Origin: a virus
Lineage: Duplodnaviria > Caudoviricetes
DNA: 58,353 nucleotides
Virus record (IMG/VR): IMGVR_UViG_3300032245_000439
Span: 1 to 58,353 of that record
Reading direction: 5' to 3' (one strand)
The notes under the pieces are model-generated. The model worked only from the letters and a program-made list of their open reading frames with translations. It did not search any database and was not told where the DNA came from. Positions 18,501 through 27,283 of this stretch are shown here, piece by piece. Each line of letters opens with the position of its first letter. Within the stretch, counting starts at the first letter, position 1. A program made the position numbers and the translations under genes.

Positions 18501-20169
18501 TGTCGTCCAAGCTCACTTCGCCCTTCACGCGCTCGCCGTTGGAGTGGTGCTCGCGCACTTCGCCGCCATGCGAGAACATCTGATCTGTAAAGTGTTTGAA
18601 AAGAGCGTCGCGAGTGATGGGAACATTCCCATAGTACTCTTCAGATGGCTTATAGAATTGGACGTTCCCAATACCCAAACCTTCAAGATGCTTTGCAGTT
18701 TCTGAAGCGCCTTCAGGGACAAGAGCGCCAGCAAAATCTTCGCCTTTAACGGAACGCTGAGGCTTCCCCTCGAAATATTCAGTCGGCATTGTGCGCAGGC
18801 GGGTCAGATAGTCGCCAAATTCGTTTGCGGTATCAGGCGCAACATTCCAGCGATTAACAAGCCACTCCGGCCCCTTCTCGGCAATTTCAGCAGCATTTTT
18901 TGCGCTGAAATTACGATTGAAAGCATTGCTGCGAATTTCACGCATAAGGCGAGAGTATTCTTCTGAGGCGTTTTGAGACGGCCACGCAAACTCATTCATG
19001 TTGACTAGCCTGTCACGCGCACCCAAAACGTCATCAACGTTTTTGAACTCTGGAGTAATAAGCGCGCGCAAATAACCAGCACCACTTGTGCCCGTTTCGC
19101 CGCCGCGAATGCCATTCATGCGCAACCATTCTGTATACAGATCAAGCGGAGACTTACCCTCTTGAGATGCAACATCTCCCAATGACTTGCGATGTCCGCG
19201 ACCAAGTCGTGGAGTGTAAGCGTCATTTGGGAAAATTGGGTTAGCTTCAGACGGGACAGCAAAAACTTCAGGCTTTCCAACAAGCTTTACGCTACCAAAA
19301 CGGTCTGCCCCATGTTCAGGCTTAAAAATTCCCATGCTAGGCGCAGGCAGGCCACCGATAGTGCTGTAAAATTCAACAGCAGAAGGAGACGCATTGTGTG
19401 TCACGATCATGCGCTCAGCTTCAGGCAACGCACGGCCAGCGGCAAACTTAGCGCGAACAGCCTCAAGCGCCTTGTCGACAACCTTCTTGCCACCAGCATG
19501 ATGCTCACGTTCAACTTCGCCGCCACGGTTCTCAGTCAGGCGCGGGATCTCAGGGTCAAACGTGCCGAGGTTGCCCGTGGCTGACTTGAGCTGGCGCTCG
19601 GGATCGTAGACAGCAAGGTTTTTGTTTTTTCCTTCACGCACAAAATATGCATCGTGCCCAAGCTGTTTAAGTGCGTCTTGAATAGGTGTTGCCTCAATAG
19701 TTTCCCAAGAACCTTTGGCAATGTCAGGGATAGGGCTACGCAAATACGGATCAGTTTTAAAACGCTCTCGCATCAAACGATCAAGCGCCTCGATGTGCTT
19801 AGGGTTTTCGTAGTCAAACGGGTTTTCTGCGCGCACATGCATTGGCATTACATTTTGCGCAAAATCTGTGTCTTGAATTGGCCTCCATTTATTAGAGGCC
19901 TCATCAAAAACATGTTCAACTGTTTCATTTTGCGCAAATGTATTGGCAAACTCTGGGTTGGTAGTCAGAAATGTTGGACGATTTTCCGTAAACTCTGAAA
20001 CCTCGCGCGGGGTTCCATGATACCACGTCGGCTCAGCAATCTGTGCAGGCGTGCCAGATTGCCACCTTGCAAGATTGGCCGCACGCTCAGCCGGATCAGC
20101 GACGTGCTTTGCAGCGCGGGCTTCCATAGCGGCCTGAAGAGCCTTCTCTACCAGCTTCTCTCCGGCCAT
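15523..20169 (-). CDS. Large polyvalent virion protein: N-terminal ADP-ribosyltransferase-like (ART-PolyVal) domain, polyvalent-protein-type domain, lytic transglycosylase-like domain, uncharacterised C-terminal domain
   Basis: 1548 aa directly after the portal. WYHGT..FLT.NP.FA..NVMP..NPFD..GHDA..QLKSATGN (ART-PolyVal-like); DAYTPR...YFEGKPQRSV..EDFAGALVP; IRGQESS.DPNA....SSAGGLFGFIDSTW (SLT-like). Confidence 0.8.
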   Translation of the reverse strand: MAGEKLVEKALQAAMEARAAKHVADPAERAANLARWQSGTPAQIAEPTWYHGTPREVSEFTENRPTFLTTNPEFANTFAQNETVEHVFDEASNKWRPIQDTDFAQNVMPMHVRAENPFDYENPKHIEALDRLMRERFKTDPYLRSPIPDIAKGSWETIEATPIQDALKQLGHDAYFVREGKNKNLAVYDPERQLKSATGNLGTFDPEIPRLTENRGGEVEREHHAGGKKVVDKALEAVRAKFAAGRALPEAERMIVTHNASPSAVEFYSTIGGLPAPSMGIFKPEHGADRFGSVKLVGKPEVFAVPSEANPIFPNDAYTPRLGRGHRKSLGDVASQEGKSPLDLYTEWLRMNGIRGGETGTSGAGYLRALITPEFKNVDDVLGARDRLVNMNEFAWPSQNASEEYSRLMREIRSNAFNRNFSAKNAAEIAEKGPEWLVNRWNVAPDTANEFGDYLTRLRTMPTEYFEGKPQRSVKGEDFAGALVPEGASETAKHLEGLGIGNVQFYKPSEEYYGNVPITRDALFKHFTDQMFSHGGEVREHHSNGERVKGEVSLDDIQFVSPERMADPKWDPRQIFEGVRRPMLPQDAGISAGGEGKRELGELTTAAFAPTLDVGRVSAGPLLVGVKDYEKPIVGYQASAALPEGFRVNYSSSRPVDVPSKYSSDTLSLAKEILGANLSAQMMQQGDKRGYGVGLSRGNQDGQSYINVSRPPMGGLSVMGGKEFRFADGGPVYQSTGEKLVGDENKINWGDPNEARDFFRADAERMRQEKAAEDARRTAGLPDGVTSYAPIGGGMTGGTPLLAAIRGQESSDDPNAQSKTSSAGGLFGFIDSTWANTLRRMNPELYGRMSDAELVALKKGKDTAALQQQAADYHLNQEILPTLNKAGIPATPGNAYLGWFQGAQGAVKANTLPQDARVADVFPQSVGPNANIMFNGKPYAQWTLGDLRAWADAKMASRMKREHGGEVDDALRVVREHHADGEEVGTQRQRTRAALDTLGSFEDKPPMDPAVMGENWANAVRRFRENPVREGEATMRPLELGARDVIGGMIAGDAPNTSYTTELRRRAADALVGSKGLPDSGTLGFGVADLPMVTGIPLQAADFTQSLKEGDYLGAGINAALPAAFYGRKPIAEAGRRALEIAREYAPKAAGVGTAAAVMSPVDAEAAAKNKMVNQVLQMIRAERPASSRVVSQAGEHGFFVPQGGREKDPRKWHSISNTVLSRPLGEMHAEHVITGPAGERKFIEPYELERAALIPALGDRTAGNSLLTAVNETKLANPVEMQAGNSFMFGPAAKGPDKAVWASDPGVVAGLASKTRAAAEAGYDPHLSFVTMGNRSGDYSHHMTDTLRELLPSAKVDKATIAEFDRQMRENTANKWAAYSDWPGLKSKALVDYLYGEGPAKSRTKMAELMGQGQFQKAGMPDVGAARFAITDPALLHAEDYSAGHSIAKLDPSGRVIKEPAVPHKTYKVQLGGEGPGYVGGFEYDIPFNVMNKEWIDKMMAIDAKKYENPSQLAYTYRMHQPTTFMTPEVVDRISTFLDLKKRGLIP

Positions 20170-20173
20170 CTTC

Positions 20174-22477
20174 CTACTCCTGCGTCAGCGGCTGCTCGTT
20201 TGCCTCAAGTCGCTTGATCATATCAGGGTCGAGGAAATTCTGCACGATTGGAATGCCCGCAGGGTTCTGCGCCATTTCTTCGGCAAGCTTCACGGCAGCC
20301 AGACGCTCGCGGCTCTCGCGGTCGCGCTTGCGATTAAGCGCATCGACCATTGCCTCCTGCTGCTTGAGCTGCATCTCGTTCTGCTTGACCTGAAGCTCCT
20401 GCATCTTGAGCTGGTCGAGGAACGTCGGGCCTTGGTCAGGCGCACCGCCCTGCACTTCCTGCAACTTGGCGGCAGCCTCCTGCGCCTTGATTTGCACCAT
20501 CGCAGTCTTGGCATCAGCCTCCTGCTTCTTGATGCCAACCATCGCCTGAGCATATTGCACTTCCGGCGGCGGCTTCTGCTGAAGCGACGACGGCGGCACG
20601 AGGAACTGCTGCGGGTTCGACCAGCCCATAGCCTGCAAGGCTGCGGTGTCGATCGCGATCGGGTCGTACATCGACGGGTTCGCCTGCTGAAGCTGTTTGA
20701 GGCCCACGATCTTCATCATGCGCTGCGCATGCGACGCCGTGTTCGGATCCGCCTGCGGGACGAGGTCGCAGTCCTGCAACGCCTGCAAGAACGTCTGCTC
20801 GTCCCACGGGAGTGCGGGCGCGTTGTTACGCTGCCAGAAGCTCTCAGGGTTTTCTTTGAAGCAGTCGCGCAGAAGCTTGAACTCTTCGGCCTGCGACGCA
20901 TGCATGCGCTTGTGAACCGAGTTCATGACCTTGGTGGCCTGATCGATCATCGCCAGCGTCGTGCCGACAGGCGCATCAGCGCGCCCCTCGCCGACCTGCT
21001 GCTCTGACGTGCCGCCAATGCGCATGCCCGTCTCGGCCATGTTGTTGACGAGGTTCATCAGCGCCTGACCGGGCTCCTTGTAGGGCAGCGGCATCACGGC
21101 CTGATTGATGGGCTGGCCGCCCGTCTTGATCAGCGCGCCACCACCGGGCGGTACGCGGAAGATGTTTGTGTTCTGGCGGCCGCCCGCGTCGCTGTACAAG
21201 AAGCCGGGGAAGTTGGCGTACATGCCCGCGTCGAGCATCTCGCGCCACGCGGCCGTGATGGCGTTTGTGGTGTTGCCGAGGATGTGCAGCAGGCCGATGT
21301 CGTAGAAGCCGAGACCCGGCACAAACGTGTACTTGACGAACGTGACGCGCGCCTCTGGCAGTTCGGCGCTGTCTTCGTCGTAGTTGCGCACGATCGACAG
21401 GACTTCCTTCGAGGAGACGTCGATGGTCACGCGGTACGGCACTTCGAGGCCGGACGGCTTGCCCTTCCACTTGTGCTCGAAGCCGGGAATGTCCAGCTCG
21501 CAATAGACTTCGTAAATTTCGCGGTCGCGGTCCTGCGGGCGGAAGGAGCTGGGCGAAATGCCCTGCTGTGCCTTCTCTTCGCGCTGTGCAGCGTCCAGAG
21601 ACGGATCCTGCGGCGTCGGCAGGTCGGTGTCTTTGTAGACGCCGAGGATCTGCAAGCGGCGCACCGTCGAGCCCCTCATGTAGCTGCGGTGCGTGACGCG
21701 CTTGGCATTCTTCAGGTCGGTCGCCGCATTGTTGACGATCAGGTCGTCGGCATCGACAGTCTCGCTGACCGGACGGTTGCGCAGCGGGCAGTAGTAGACC
21801 TTCTTGAACGACGTGCCGCCGAAGCCCAGCATCAGCAGCATGCGGTCGGTGTCGGGATAATACTCGGCCGCCGTCGAGGTCAGGTAGTGGTTGAAGTCAC
21901 GCTGAAGCGCGTTGGCGCTCTGGTCCTGCTTCAGGTCCGCGTTGTTGTTGTCGTTGCGGATCTTCACAGGCCCGTCAGTCGGCAGCAGCTCGGAGCGGGC
22001 GTTGGCCTGAAAGCGCAGCACGGCTTCAAGCAGCAGCGGGTGGCGAACCTTGCTCATGCCCTCGACAGGAGCGCCGTCGGCTGAGCCTCCGACGCCGGGG
22101 ATGTCGATCTTCAGGCCAAGAAGCTTGATGCCCTGTGCGCGGGCCTCGACCCAGTCCTTGCGGCTCTCGATGTCGTCATCGATGCCCGTCATCAGGTCGT
22201 TGGCGATCGACCCCAGCACGTTGCTGTCGATGTCGTCCACGAGGTTGGCGAACCAGCCGCCCTTGGCCTTGCGCTCGCCACGCTCGATCGGCTGGCCGTC
22301 GAGGCTGACCGTGACCGAGCCGTCGTCGTGCTCGATGCGCAGGATGTTTCCCTCGCCGTCAATGTCCGGCACGTCGCTGCCCGCCTCGATGATCACCTCG
22401 GTGTCGTTGGCGGGAATGGTCGGGTCAGGCAGACCCGGCAGGCGAATGTTCGGATTTACGAGGCCGGGTTGCGGCAT
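20174..22477 (-). CDS. Portal protein (P22-like)
   Basis: 767 aa; HPLLLEAVLRFQA, GGTSFKKVYY, GLGFYDIGLLH and APVGTTLA motifs; follows the terminase. Confidence 0.92.
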   Translation of the reverse strand: MPQPGLVNPNIRLPGLPDPTIPANDTEVIIEAGSDVPDIDGEGNILRIEHDDGSVTVSLDGQPIERGERKAKGGWFANLVDDIDSNVLGSIANDLMTGIDDDIESRKDWVEARAQGIKLLGLKIDIPGVGGSADGAPVEGMSKVRHPLLLEAVLRFQANARSELLPTDGPVKIRNDNNNADLKQDQSANALQRDFNHYLTSTAAEYYPDTDRMLLMLGFGGTSFKKVYYCPLRNRPVSETVDADDLIVNNAATDLKNAKRVTHRSYMRGSTVRRLQILGVYKDTDLPTPQDPSLDAAQREEKAQQGISPSSFRPQDRDREIYEVYCELDIPGFEHKWKGKPSGLEVPYRVTIDVSSKEVLSIVRNYDEDSAELPEARVTFVKYTFVPGLGFYDIGLLHILGNTTNAITAAWREMLDAGMYANFPGFLYSDAGGRQNTNIFRVPPGGGALIKTGGQPINQAVMPLPYKEPGQALMNLVNNMAETGMRIGGTSEQQVGEGRADAPVGTTLAMIDQATKVMNSVHKRMHASQAEEFKLLRDCFKENPESFWQRNNAPALPWDEQTFLQALQDCDLVPQADPNTASHAQRMMKIVGLKQLQQANPSMYDPIAIDTAALQAMGWSNPQQFLVPPSSLQQKPPPEVQYAQAMVGIKKQEADAKTAMVQIKAQEAAAKLQEVQGGAPDQGPTFLDQLKMQELQVKQNEMQLKQQEAMVDALNRKRDRESRERLAAVKLAEEMAQNPAGIPIVQNFLDPDMIKRLEANEQPLTQE

Positions 22478-22480
22478 GGA

Positions 22481-22684
22481 TCAGCCCTCAGACAACAGAA
22501 GCGAGATCTCCGCGTCAAATCGACGGAGGCCTTCTTGAGCTGCCAAGGTATCAGATTTGGCTTCGATGGTATAGACGCGGACGTAGTCGTGGGGCTGGCG
22601 GCCCCAAACCTCCACGCGGAAGACGCCAAGGCCACGTTCGGTCGGCTCGCGCTCGACGTCCACGATTGCATTCGCCAGTATCAT
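22481..22684 (-). CDS. Hypothetical protein
   Basis: 67 aa from ATG 22684 (GAGG SD), between terminase and portal. Confidence 0.65.
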   Translation of the reverse strand: MILANAIVDVEREPTERGLGVFRVEVWGRQPHDYVRVYTIEAKSDTLAAQEGLRRFDAEISLLLSEG

Positions 22685-22694
22685 TTTCGGTTCC

Positions 22695-24386
22695 TCAGAT
22701 CGGGTAAAGCGGCGCAGGCCTGCTGCCCACATGACGGCGGCCCGCGTCGATCTCAGCCATACGCTCAGGCGCACGCACGAGCAAGTTGCGCTCGCGCATG
22801 AAACGCAGCGCCATGCTGACCGTGTCGACCAAGTCGTCGTGTTTGCCCTTTGGGAAGACCTCGCACTGCTTGATGACGAGGTCTGACCAGTGGCGGTCGG
22901 GGGCGTAGATCACGCCCTCGCTGAACAGGTGCTGGACGCTGTACAGGCGCGACAGCTTGTCGATCGAGCCGGGGTTGATCAGCGTCACGCCAAACTCTTC
23001 GCCCGTCATCAGGCGGCGCAACTCTTGGCCGACGCTGATGCCTGCGGCCTTGTTCTCGACCAGCAGCGTGTCGACCTTCATAAGCTTGCAGGTCGAGATG
23101 ACCTTGTCCACGAGGTCGGGCATTTCGAGGCGTTCCTGCCAAGCACCCATGAGCAGCACGCGCGGCACGCTCTCGGGGTTAACGTCGAGCAGGTCGCGGA
23201 TCTTCACGCCCTCGTCAAAGGCGGCGTTCTGGTCGGCGATGCTGCGCCGTGAGCCACGCTCGTTGCGGCTGACGTAATTGTTCTGCGTGATCGAGCTGAT
23301 GTCGGACGTGAAGATGCCCCAGACGGTCAGCGCGCTGAAGTCGTTCTCCTGCTTGGTCGTATAGGCCGTGTCGAGCGACGCCACGATGTAGTCGCAGGGC
23401 GGGAAACCCTCGTTCTCCCACAGCACCCACCAAGCGGGCTTGATCACGCCGCCACCGCGTGGCGTCGGCTCCTGCTGGAACTGTCCGGCCGTGGCGTAAG
23501 GCCCCATCACGCGCTTGTCGCGCTCGACGACTTCGGGCGGGAAACGCTCGGGGAACAGCAGCTCGCCTTCCTCCTCACGCGGGTCGGCGAGGCCGAGCAT
23601 GGTCGTGTGCTCTCGCTCCTGATCGTATTCCATCGGCAGCATGATGTGGTCGTAGCCAAGCTGGCCGTCGAGGATCGTGCCGCTGACGTCGGCCTCGTGC
23701 AGGCGCTGCATGACGACGACGATCGCCGACCGATCGGGATTGTTGAGACGTGTCGGCACGGCCTCCTTGAACCACTGCACCGTGCTCTCGCGCATGGCGT
23801 CGGAGTTCGCGCCGTCGACGCTGTGCGGGTCGTCGATGATCACGCGATCGCCACGCGCGCCAGTGATCGAGCCTGCGGCCGCAGCCTGACGGAAGCCTGT
23901 GGCCGTGTTCTCGAACTTGGTCTTCTGGTTCTGGTCGCCCGTGAGCTGCACGCGATCGCCCCAGCGTTCCTGATACCACTCGGACGTGATCAGGCGGCGC
24001 ATGCGCAGGCCGTCGCGAATGGCGAGGTCGAGCGAGTGCGACGCGCAGACGAAGCGGTGGTGCGGCAGGTTCTGCGGTCCCCACTCCCACGCGGGCCAGA
24101 AGACGCCGACGAGCAGCGACTTCATTGTGCCCGGCGGCACGTTGATCAGCAGGCGGTTGTATGGCGTGCCGTCGTCAAGCACCTCGCCGCGTGTAATGGC
24201 CTCGAGATGCTCGCAGATGAAGTCGATGTGCCAGCCGTGAATGTATGGCTGGCCCGGCTCGATGATGTGCCACGCCTGCTTGACGAACGACGCAAGGCTT
24301 TCCTCACACTCGGCGCGCAGGATCTCCATCAACTGACGATCGATGTCGAGGATCTGGCCTTCGTATGTGAGGACGTGTTGCGTCAT
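22695..24386 (-). CDS. terL: Terminase large subunit
   Basis: Walker A-like NVPPGTMKS, Walker B VIIDDPH, VVMQRLHEAD, nuclease SLDTAY and FPKGKHDDLVD; start at ATG 24386 (TGATG coupling). Confidence 0.95.
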   Translation of the reverse strand: MTQHVLTYEGQILDIDRQLMEILRAECEESLASFVKQAWHIIEPGQPYIHGWHIDFICEHLEAITRGEVLDDGTPYNRLLINVPPGTMKSLLVGVFWPAWEWGPQNLPHHRFVCASHSLDLAIRDGLRMRRLITSEWYQERWGDRVQLTGDQNQKTKFENTATGFRQAAAAGSITGARGDRVIIDDPHSVDGANSDAMRESTVQWFKEAVPTRLNNPDRSAIVVVMQRLHEADVSGTILDGQLGYDHIMLPMEYDQEREHTTMLGLADPREEEGELLFPERFPPEVVERDKRVMGPYATAGQFQQEPTPRGGGVIKPAWWVLWENEGFPPCDYIVASLDTAYTTKQENDFSALTVWGIFTSDISSITQNNYVSRNERGSRRSIADQNAAFDEGVKIRDLLDVNPESVPRVLLMGAWQERLEMPDLVDKVISTCKLMKVDTLLVENKAAGISVGQELRRLMTGEEFGVTLINPGSIDKLSRLYSVQHLFSEGVIYAPDRHWSDLVIKQCEVFPKGKHDDLVDTVSMALRFMRERNLLVRAPERMAEIDAGRRHVGSRPAPLYPI

Positions 24387-24664
24387 CAATCCCATTCCTG
24401 ATAGATCGACGGCCTCGAGGGGCATGGCATCCAATACTTCAACGCGGCATTTGGCTGCCACGCGCCGTCCATCGTGATCCAATTATATCCTTCGCCATTC
24501 GGTATGCGGACCCACTTAACTTGGTCGATGCGAATACCGTCTTCATCAGTGACGAGGATGAAATGATCCTTCGGCGCAGTCTCAATCGGATGCCATGTGC
24601 CTGCGCGCGGCGACACTCCAAAGATGTGCGCAATATCTTCTTCACTCATCGATGCGTCACTCAT
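24386..24664 (-). CDS. DUF551-like protein
   Basis: WHPIETAPKD...YWMPCP motif. Confidence 0.7.
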   Translation of the reverse strand: MSDASMSEEDIAHIFGVSPRAGTWHPIETAPKDHFILVTDEDGIRIDQVKWVRIPNGEGYNWITMDGAWQPNAALKYWMPCPSRPSIYQEWD

Positions 24665-24917
24665 GCTGCTCTCCCTCATCATCAAGTATCTCAGGCAAGT
24701 GGCTGGCGATGTACTCGGCGTATTTGCGCAGCTTGTGCGAGTTCACGATCAGCTCAAGCAGGTGCATGACCTTGTCGGTGTCGGGGTCGTCATCGACGTC
24801 CTCAACGAACGTCTCGATCTCGCCGTCGGCGTGCTGCGTGACGTGGATCGTGTACGTCACGCACTGTCGATCGCTCTGCGACTTACGCCATGCGTAAAGG
24901 TCAACGATGTTACTCAT
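24657..24917 (-). CDS. Hypothetical protein
   Basis: 86 aa acidic ORF overlapping both neighbours; MSNIVDL start. Confidence 0.65.
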   Translation of the reverse strand: MSNIVDLYAWRKSQSDRQCVTYTIHVTQHADGEIETFVEDVDDDPDTDKVMHLLELIVNSHKLRKYAEYIASHLPEILDDEGEQHE

Positions 24918-25116
24918 GCGTCGGATCCTTCGGGCGGCCGTAAGTTATGTTGGCGTCGGCGCGCACGTCCTGATTGCGCCAGCACCAGATTTGTTTGTTC
25001 TGCTGAAAGACGACCCACACGAGGTCGTGCTCGGGGCCGTAGTCGATCAGGAAGTGCGCGAGGCCTTTGCCCTGCGGCGACGACATCGGCAGCGGTGGAT
25101 TGAGCTGGTGGATCAT
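24910..25116 (-). CDS. Conserved hypothetical phage protein
   Basis: 68 aa; QLNPPLP..P.G.G.AHFLIDYG.EHDL.WV...IW pattern. Confidence 0.7.
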   Translation of the reverse strand: MIHQLNPPLPMSSPQGKGLAHFLIDYGPEHDLVWVVFQQNKQIWCWRNQDVRADANITYGRPKDPTHE

Positions 25117-25358
25117 TGCTCGTACTCCTCGCAGTCGCCAAAATCATCTTCCTTGAGGATCACAAAGATCGGCGTGTCCTTTCCAGCGTAAGCGCCGACG
25201 ACGTTGTATTCCATCCACTCGACGGCGTCTTCGATCGACATACCGTCGCGCTCCATCAGGACGTCGACGCACTTGTAGTAGTCGTACACCATGACCTCGA
25301 CGTTGAACTGACGTCCAACGCCGATCACTGCTTCTTCAAAACCGTCTGCCAATAACAT
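25113..25358 (-). CDS. Conserved hypothetical phage protein
   Basis: LLADGFEEAVIG...DAVEWMEYNVVGAY.G..TPIF; ATGGAGATTGATATG leader. Confidence 0.75.
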   Translation of the reverse strand: MLLADGFEEAVIGVGRQFNVEVMVYDYYKCVDVLMERDGMSIEDAVEWMEYNVVGAYAGKDTPIFVILKEDDFGDCEEYEQ

Positions 25359-25359
25359 A

Positions 25360-25875
25360 TCAATCTCCATCAACCATACGTTTGGCCGCGAACAGCGCCT
25401 GCTTCAGCGCCTCGCGTGCTTCGGGTTCCAACTGACGCGCGTCGATCGTCGAGGCCTTCACTTGGATTGGACCGCCGCCCTCGCCAGTCAGCTCGGTGCG
25501 CGTGCGGTCGCCATAAAGACGCGGCGCGATCTTCATGACGCGCCACTGATAGTGGTTCAGCTTCACGCGCGACGAGTTGACGTTTGCTTCCGTCGTCGCG
25601 TCGGCCATCGCCTTCAGGTGAGCCATTTCGAAGTCGGCCAACGCCTCGCGCGCGAGCGCGTATTGTGTTTCGAAAACAGGGTTTTCGCGTAACCAACGAT
25701 ACACGCTCGCGCGGCTTGGCATCTCGTCCTTGCTGCAAATATCGACAAGATCGCGGCCGTTAATCATCTCTTCGCAGATATAATCGGCGATCTCTTGCGT
25801 GAACTTGGACGGCCGACCAATTGAGCGTTTTGGTTTGGCTGTCTCAATTTCAATATCGTTTTTTTTCGGCTTCAT
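25360..25875 (-). CDS. terS: Terminase small subunit (Sf6-like)
   Basis: GRPSKFTQEIADYIC...MPSRASVYRWL...W...KIAPRLYGD..ELTG..GGPI. Confidence 0.88.
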   Translation of the reverse strand: MKPKKNDIEIETAKPKRSIGRPSKFTQEIADYICEEMINGRDLVDICSKDEMPSRASVYRWLRENPVFETQYALAREALADFEMAHLKAMADATTEANVNSSRVKLNHYQWRVMKIAPRLYGDRTRTELTGEGGGPIQVKASTIDARQLEPEAREALKQALFAAKRMVDGD

Positions 25876-26357
25876 AAATACCTCGAAAACCTTGCAAAAA
25901 GCTCTGGAATGTTGCGCATCTTTTCTTTAGTTGCGGGAGAAACTTGCCCATTGCGAAGGGCGCTGCTTAAAAAAAGCATGGAGCGCATTTTCTTATCGTC
26001 GCGCATTGCGGCGACGCGGCGACCATTTTCTCGGCGAACTTCAATTGAACAGTATGGCTCATCGCCACCTTCAGCAACATTTAAGAGGCGGAACCCCTCA
26101 TCTTTCGCTGTAGAAATGGCAAACATTTCAGCGTCTTTCCAGTACTCAGGAGCGATTTCAATCAGCACCTTGCAAACTGGCTTCTTCTGCTGGTCTACCA
26201 AACTTTTGATCCAGCTATACAATGGAGTTTTGCGACGCCGACTGTCGCGCATATGGGAAGCCAAACGCTTTTGAGAGCATTTAGCTTTCCCAATGTATCG
26301 CAGCTCATCCGTGTCAGGATGAAACAGCCCATAGATCTGGATCAGATCTGCATGCAT
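25872..26357 (-). CDS. GIY-YIG family endonuclease (free-standing, homing-endonuclease-like)
   Basis: IYGLFHP....RYIGKA....RL..H...E...LLN..EGG catalytic pattern. Confidence 0.8.
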   Translation of the reverse strand: MHADLIQIYGLFHPDTDELRYIGKAKCSQKRLASHMRDSRRRKTPLYSWIKSLVDQQKKPVCKVLIEIAPEYWKDAEMFAISTAKDEGFRLLNVAEGGDEPYCSIEVRRENGRRVAAMRDDKKMRSMLFLSSALRNGQVSPATKEKMRNIPELFARFSRYL

Positions 26358-26653
26358 CAGGCGAAGTCTTCCTCGTCGCTCTTGCTTGAGACGCTTTTGA
26401 TTGCTGCGCGGCCGAGCGGTGTGTCGGCGAGCATTCCAAGCGCATCCATGTAGGTGGCGATGAGTTGCTGCTCTTCAAGGCGTTTGGCTGCATCCATCTT
26501 GCGGAGGCTGACAACCTTCTTGATGATCTTCGGGTCGAAGCCGTTGCCCTTGGCTTCCTTATAGACTTCCTTGATGTCTTCAGCGATTTGGCTCTTCTCA
26601 TCTTCGAGACGCTCGATGCGCTGCACGATGCTGCTAATTTGATTATTGCTCAT
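26357..26653 (-). CDS. GapR-like (DUF2312) DNA-binding protein
   Basis: IVQRIERLEDEK..IAEDIKEVYKEAKGNGFDPKIIKKVVSLRKMD......EQQLIATYMDALGM. Confidence 0.9.
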   Translation of the reverse strand: MSNNQISSIVQRIERLEDEKSQIAEDIKEVYKEAKGNGFDPKIIKKVVSLRKMDAAKRLEEQQLIATYMDALGMLADTPLGRAAIKSVSSKSDEEDFA

Positions 26654-26734
26654 AATTTCCCCTCATGATCGGTTACGGGCAAATCGCCCGTGTAATTTCT
26701 CGCCTAATTTCGAGACACCGTCAAGTCGGGCAGG

Positions 26735-26776
26735 TGCGGACAAGCTGTCGATAATTATTTTTGACCCTGTGGATAA
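26735..26776. promoter_or_regulatory. Array of three co-oriented DnaA-box-like 9-mers
   Basis: TGCGGACAA (26735), TGTCGATAA (26746) and perfect TGTGGATAA (26768; reverse complement TTATCCACA). Confidence 0.5.
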
Positions 26777-26782
26777 CTCGAT

Positions 26783-26811
26783 TTGACAAGCGAACTGAGT
26801 TCGTCTACAAC
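26783..26811 (+). promoter_or_regulatory. Early sigma70-type promoter with palindromic operator in the spacer
   Basis: TTGACA at 26783; CGAACT-G-AGTTCG palindrome at 26791-26803; TACAAC 17 bp downstream. Confidence 0.65.
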
Positions 26812-26855
26812 TTATCTCACGGTCTGATTTGGACCGTCATCTTATGGAGATTAAA

Positions 26856-27227
26856 ATGCATTACGGCACAGAAACTGGCTCTCTCGTCAACCACATCCTC
26901 GCCAGCAGCTCGAACCGCAACCCCGTCATTGGCGAGGGCGCGACGGTCCTGCACTGGTCCGACCGCACCGCCTGCACGGTGACTGGCTGGGACATCCAGA
27001 AGCAGATCGTCGAGCTGCGCGAAGACCTCGCCACCTGCATCGACTACGACCTTCAGACCTACGAATACGAGCCCTCGCAGTTCAAAGCCAGCTACTGGTT
27101 CAAGCGCGAGAAGAATGGCAAGTGGGTTCAGGTGTTCCTGAACCGCGTCACGGGCCGCTGGATCAAGTCCAAGGGCATGGGCCTGATTGTCGGCCGCCGC
27201 GACACCTACCGCGACCGCAGCTTCTAA
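26856..27227 (+). CDS. Early hypothetical protein
   Basis: 123 aa; P.IGEGATVLHWSDR...GRRDTYRDRSF; ATGGAGATTAAAATG leader. Confidence 0.75.
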   Translation: MHYGTETGSLVNHILASSSNRNPVIGEGATVLHWSDRTACTVTGWDIQKQIVELREDLATCIDYDLQTYEYEPSQFKASYWFKREKNGKWVQVFLNRVTGRWIKSKGMGLIVGRRDTYRDRSF

Positions 27228-27283
27228 AAATCGGCGGGGGCTACGGCCCCCACCACCCCAACCCCAACCCTATGGAGACTGAC

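Noticed and set aside
23170-23310. Intein or intron in the terminase nuclease domain
   Set aside because: The apparent ~45-aa insertion keeps the frame and lacks intein C/S...HN splice motifs; it is more likely a variable loop.
26791-26803. LexA/SOS box
   Set aside because: GAAC-N3-GTTC fits neither the alphaproteobacterial GTTC-N7-GTTC direct repeat nor the Gram-positive GAAC-N4-GTTC spacing.
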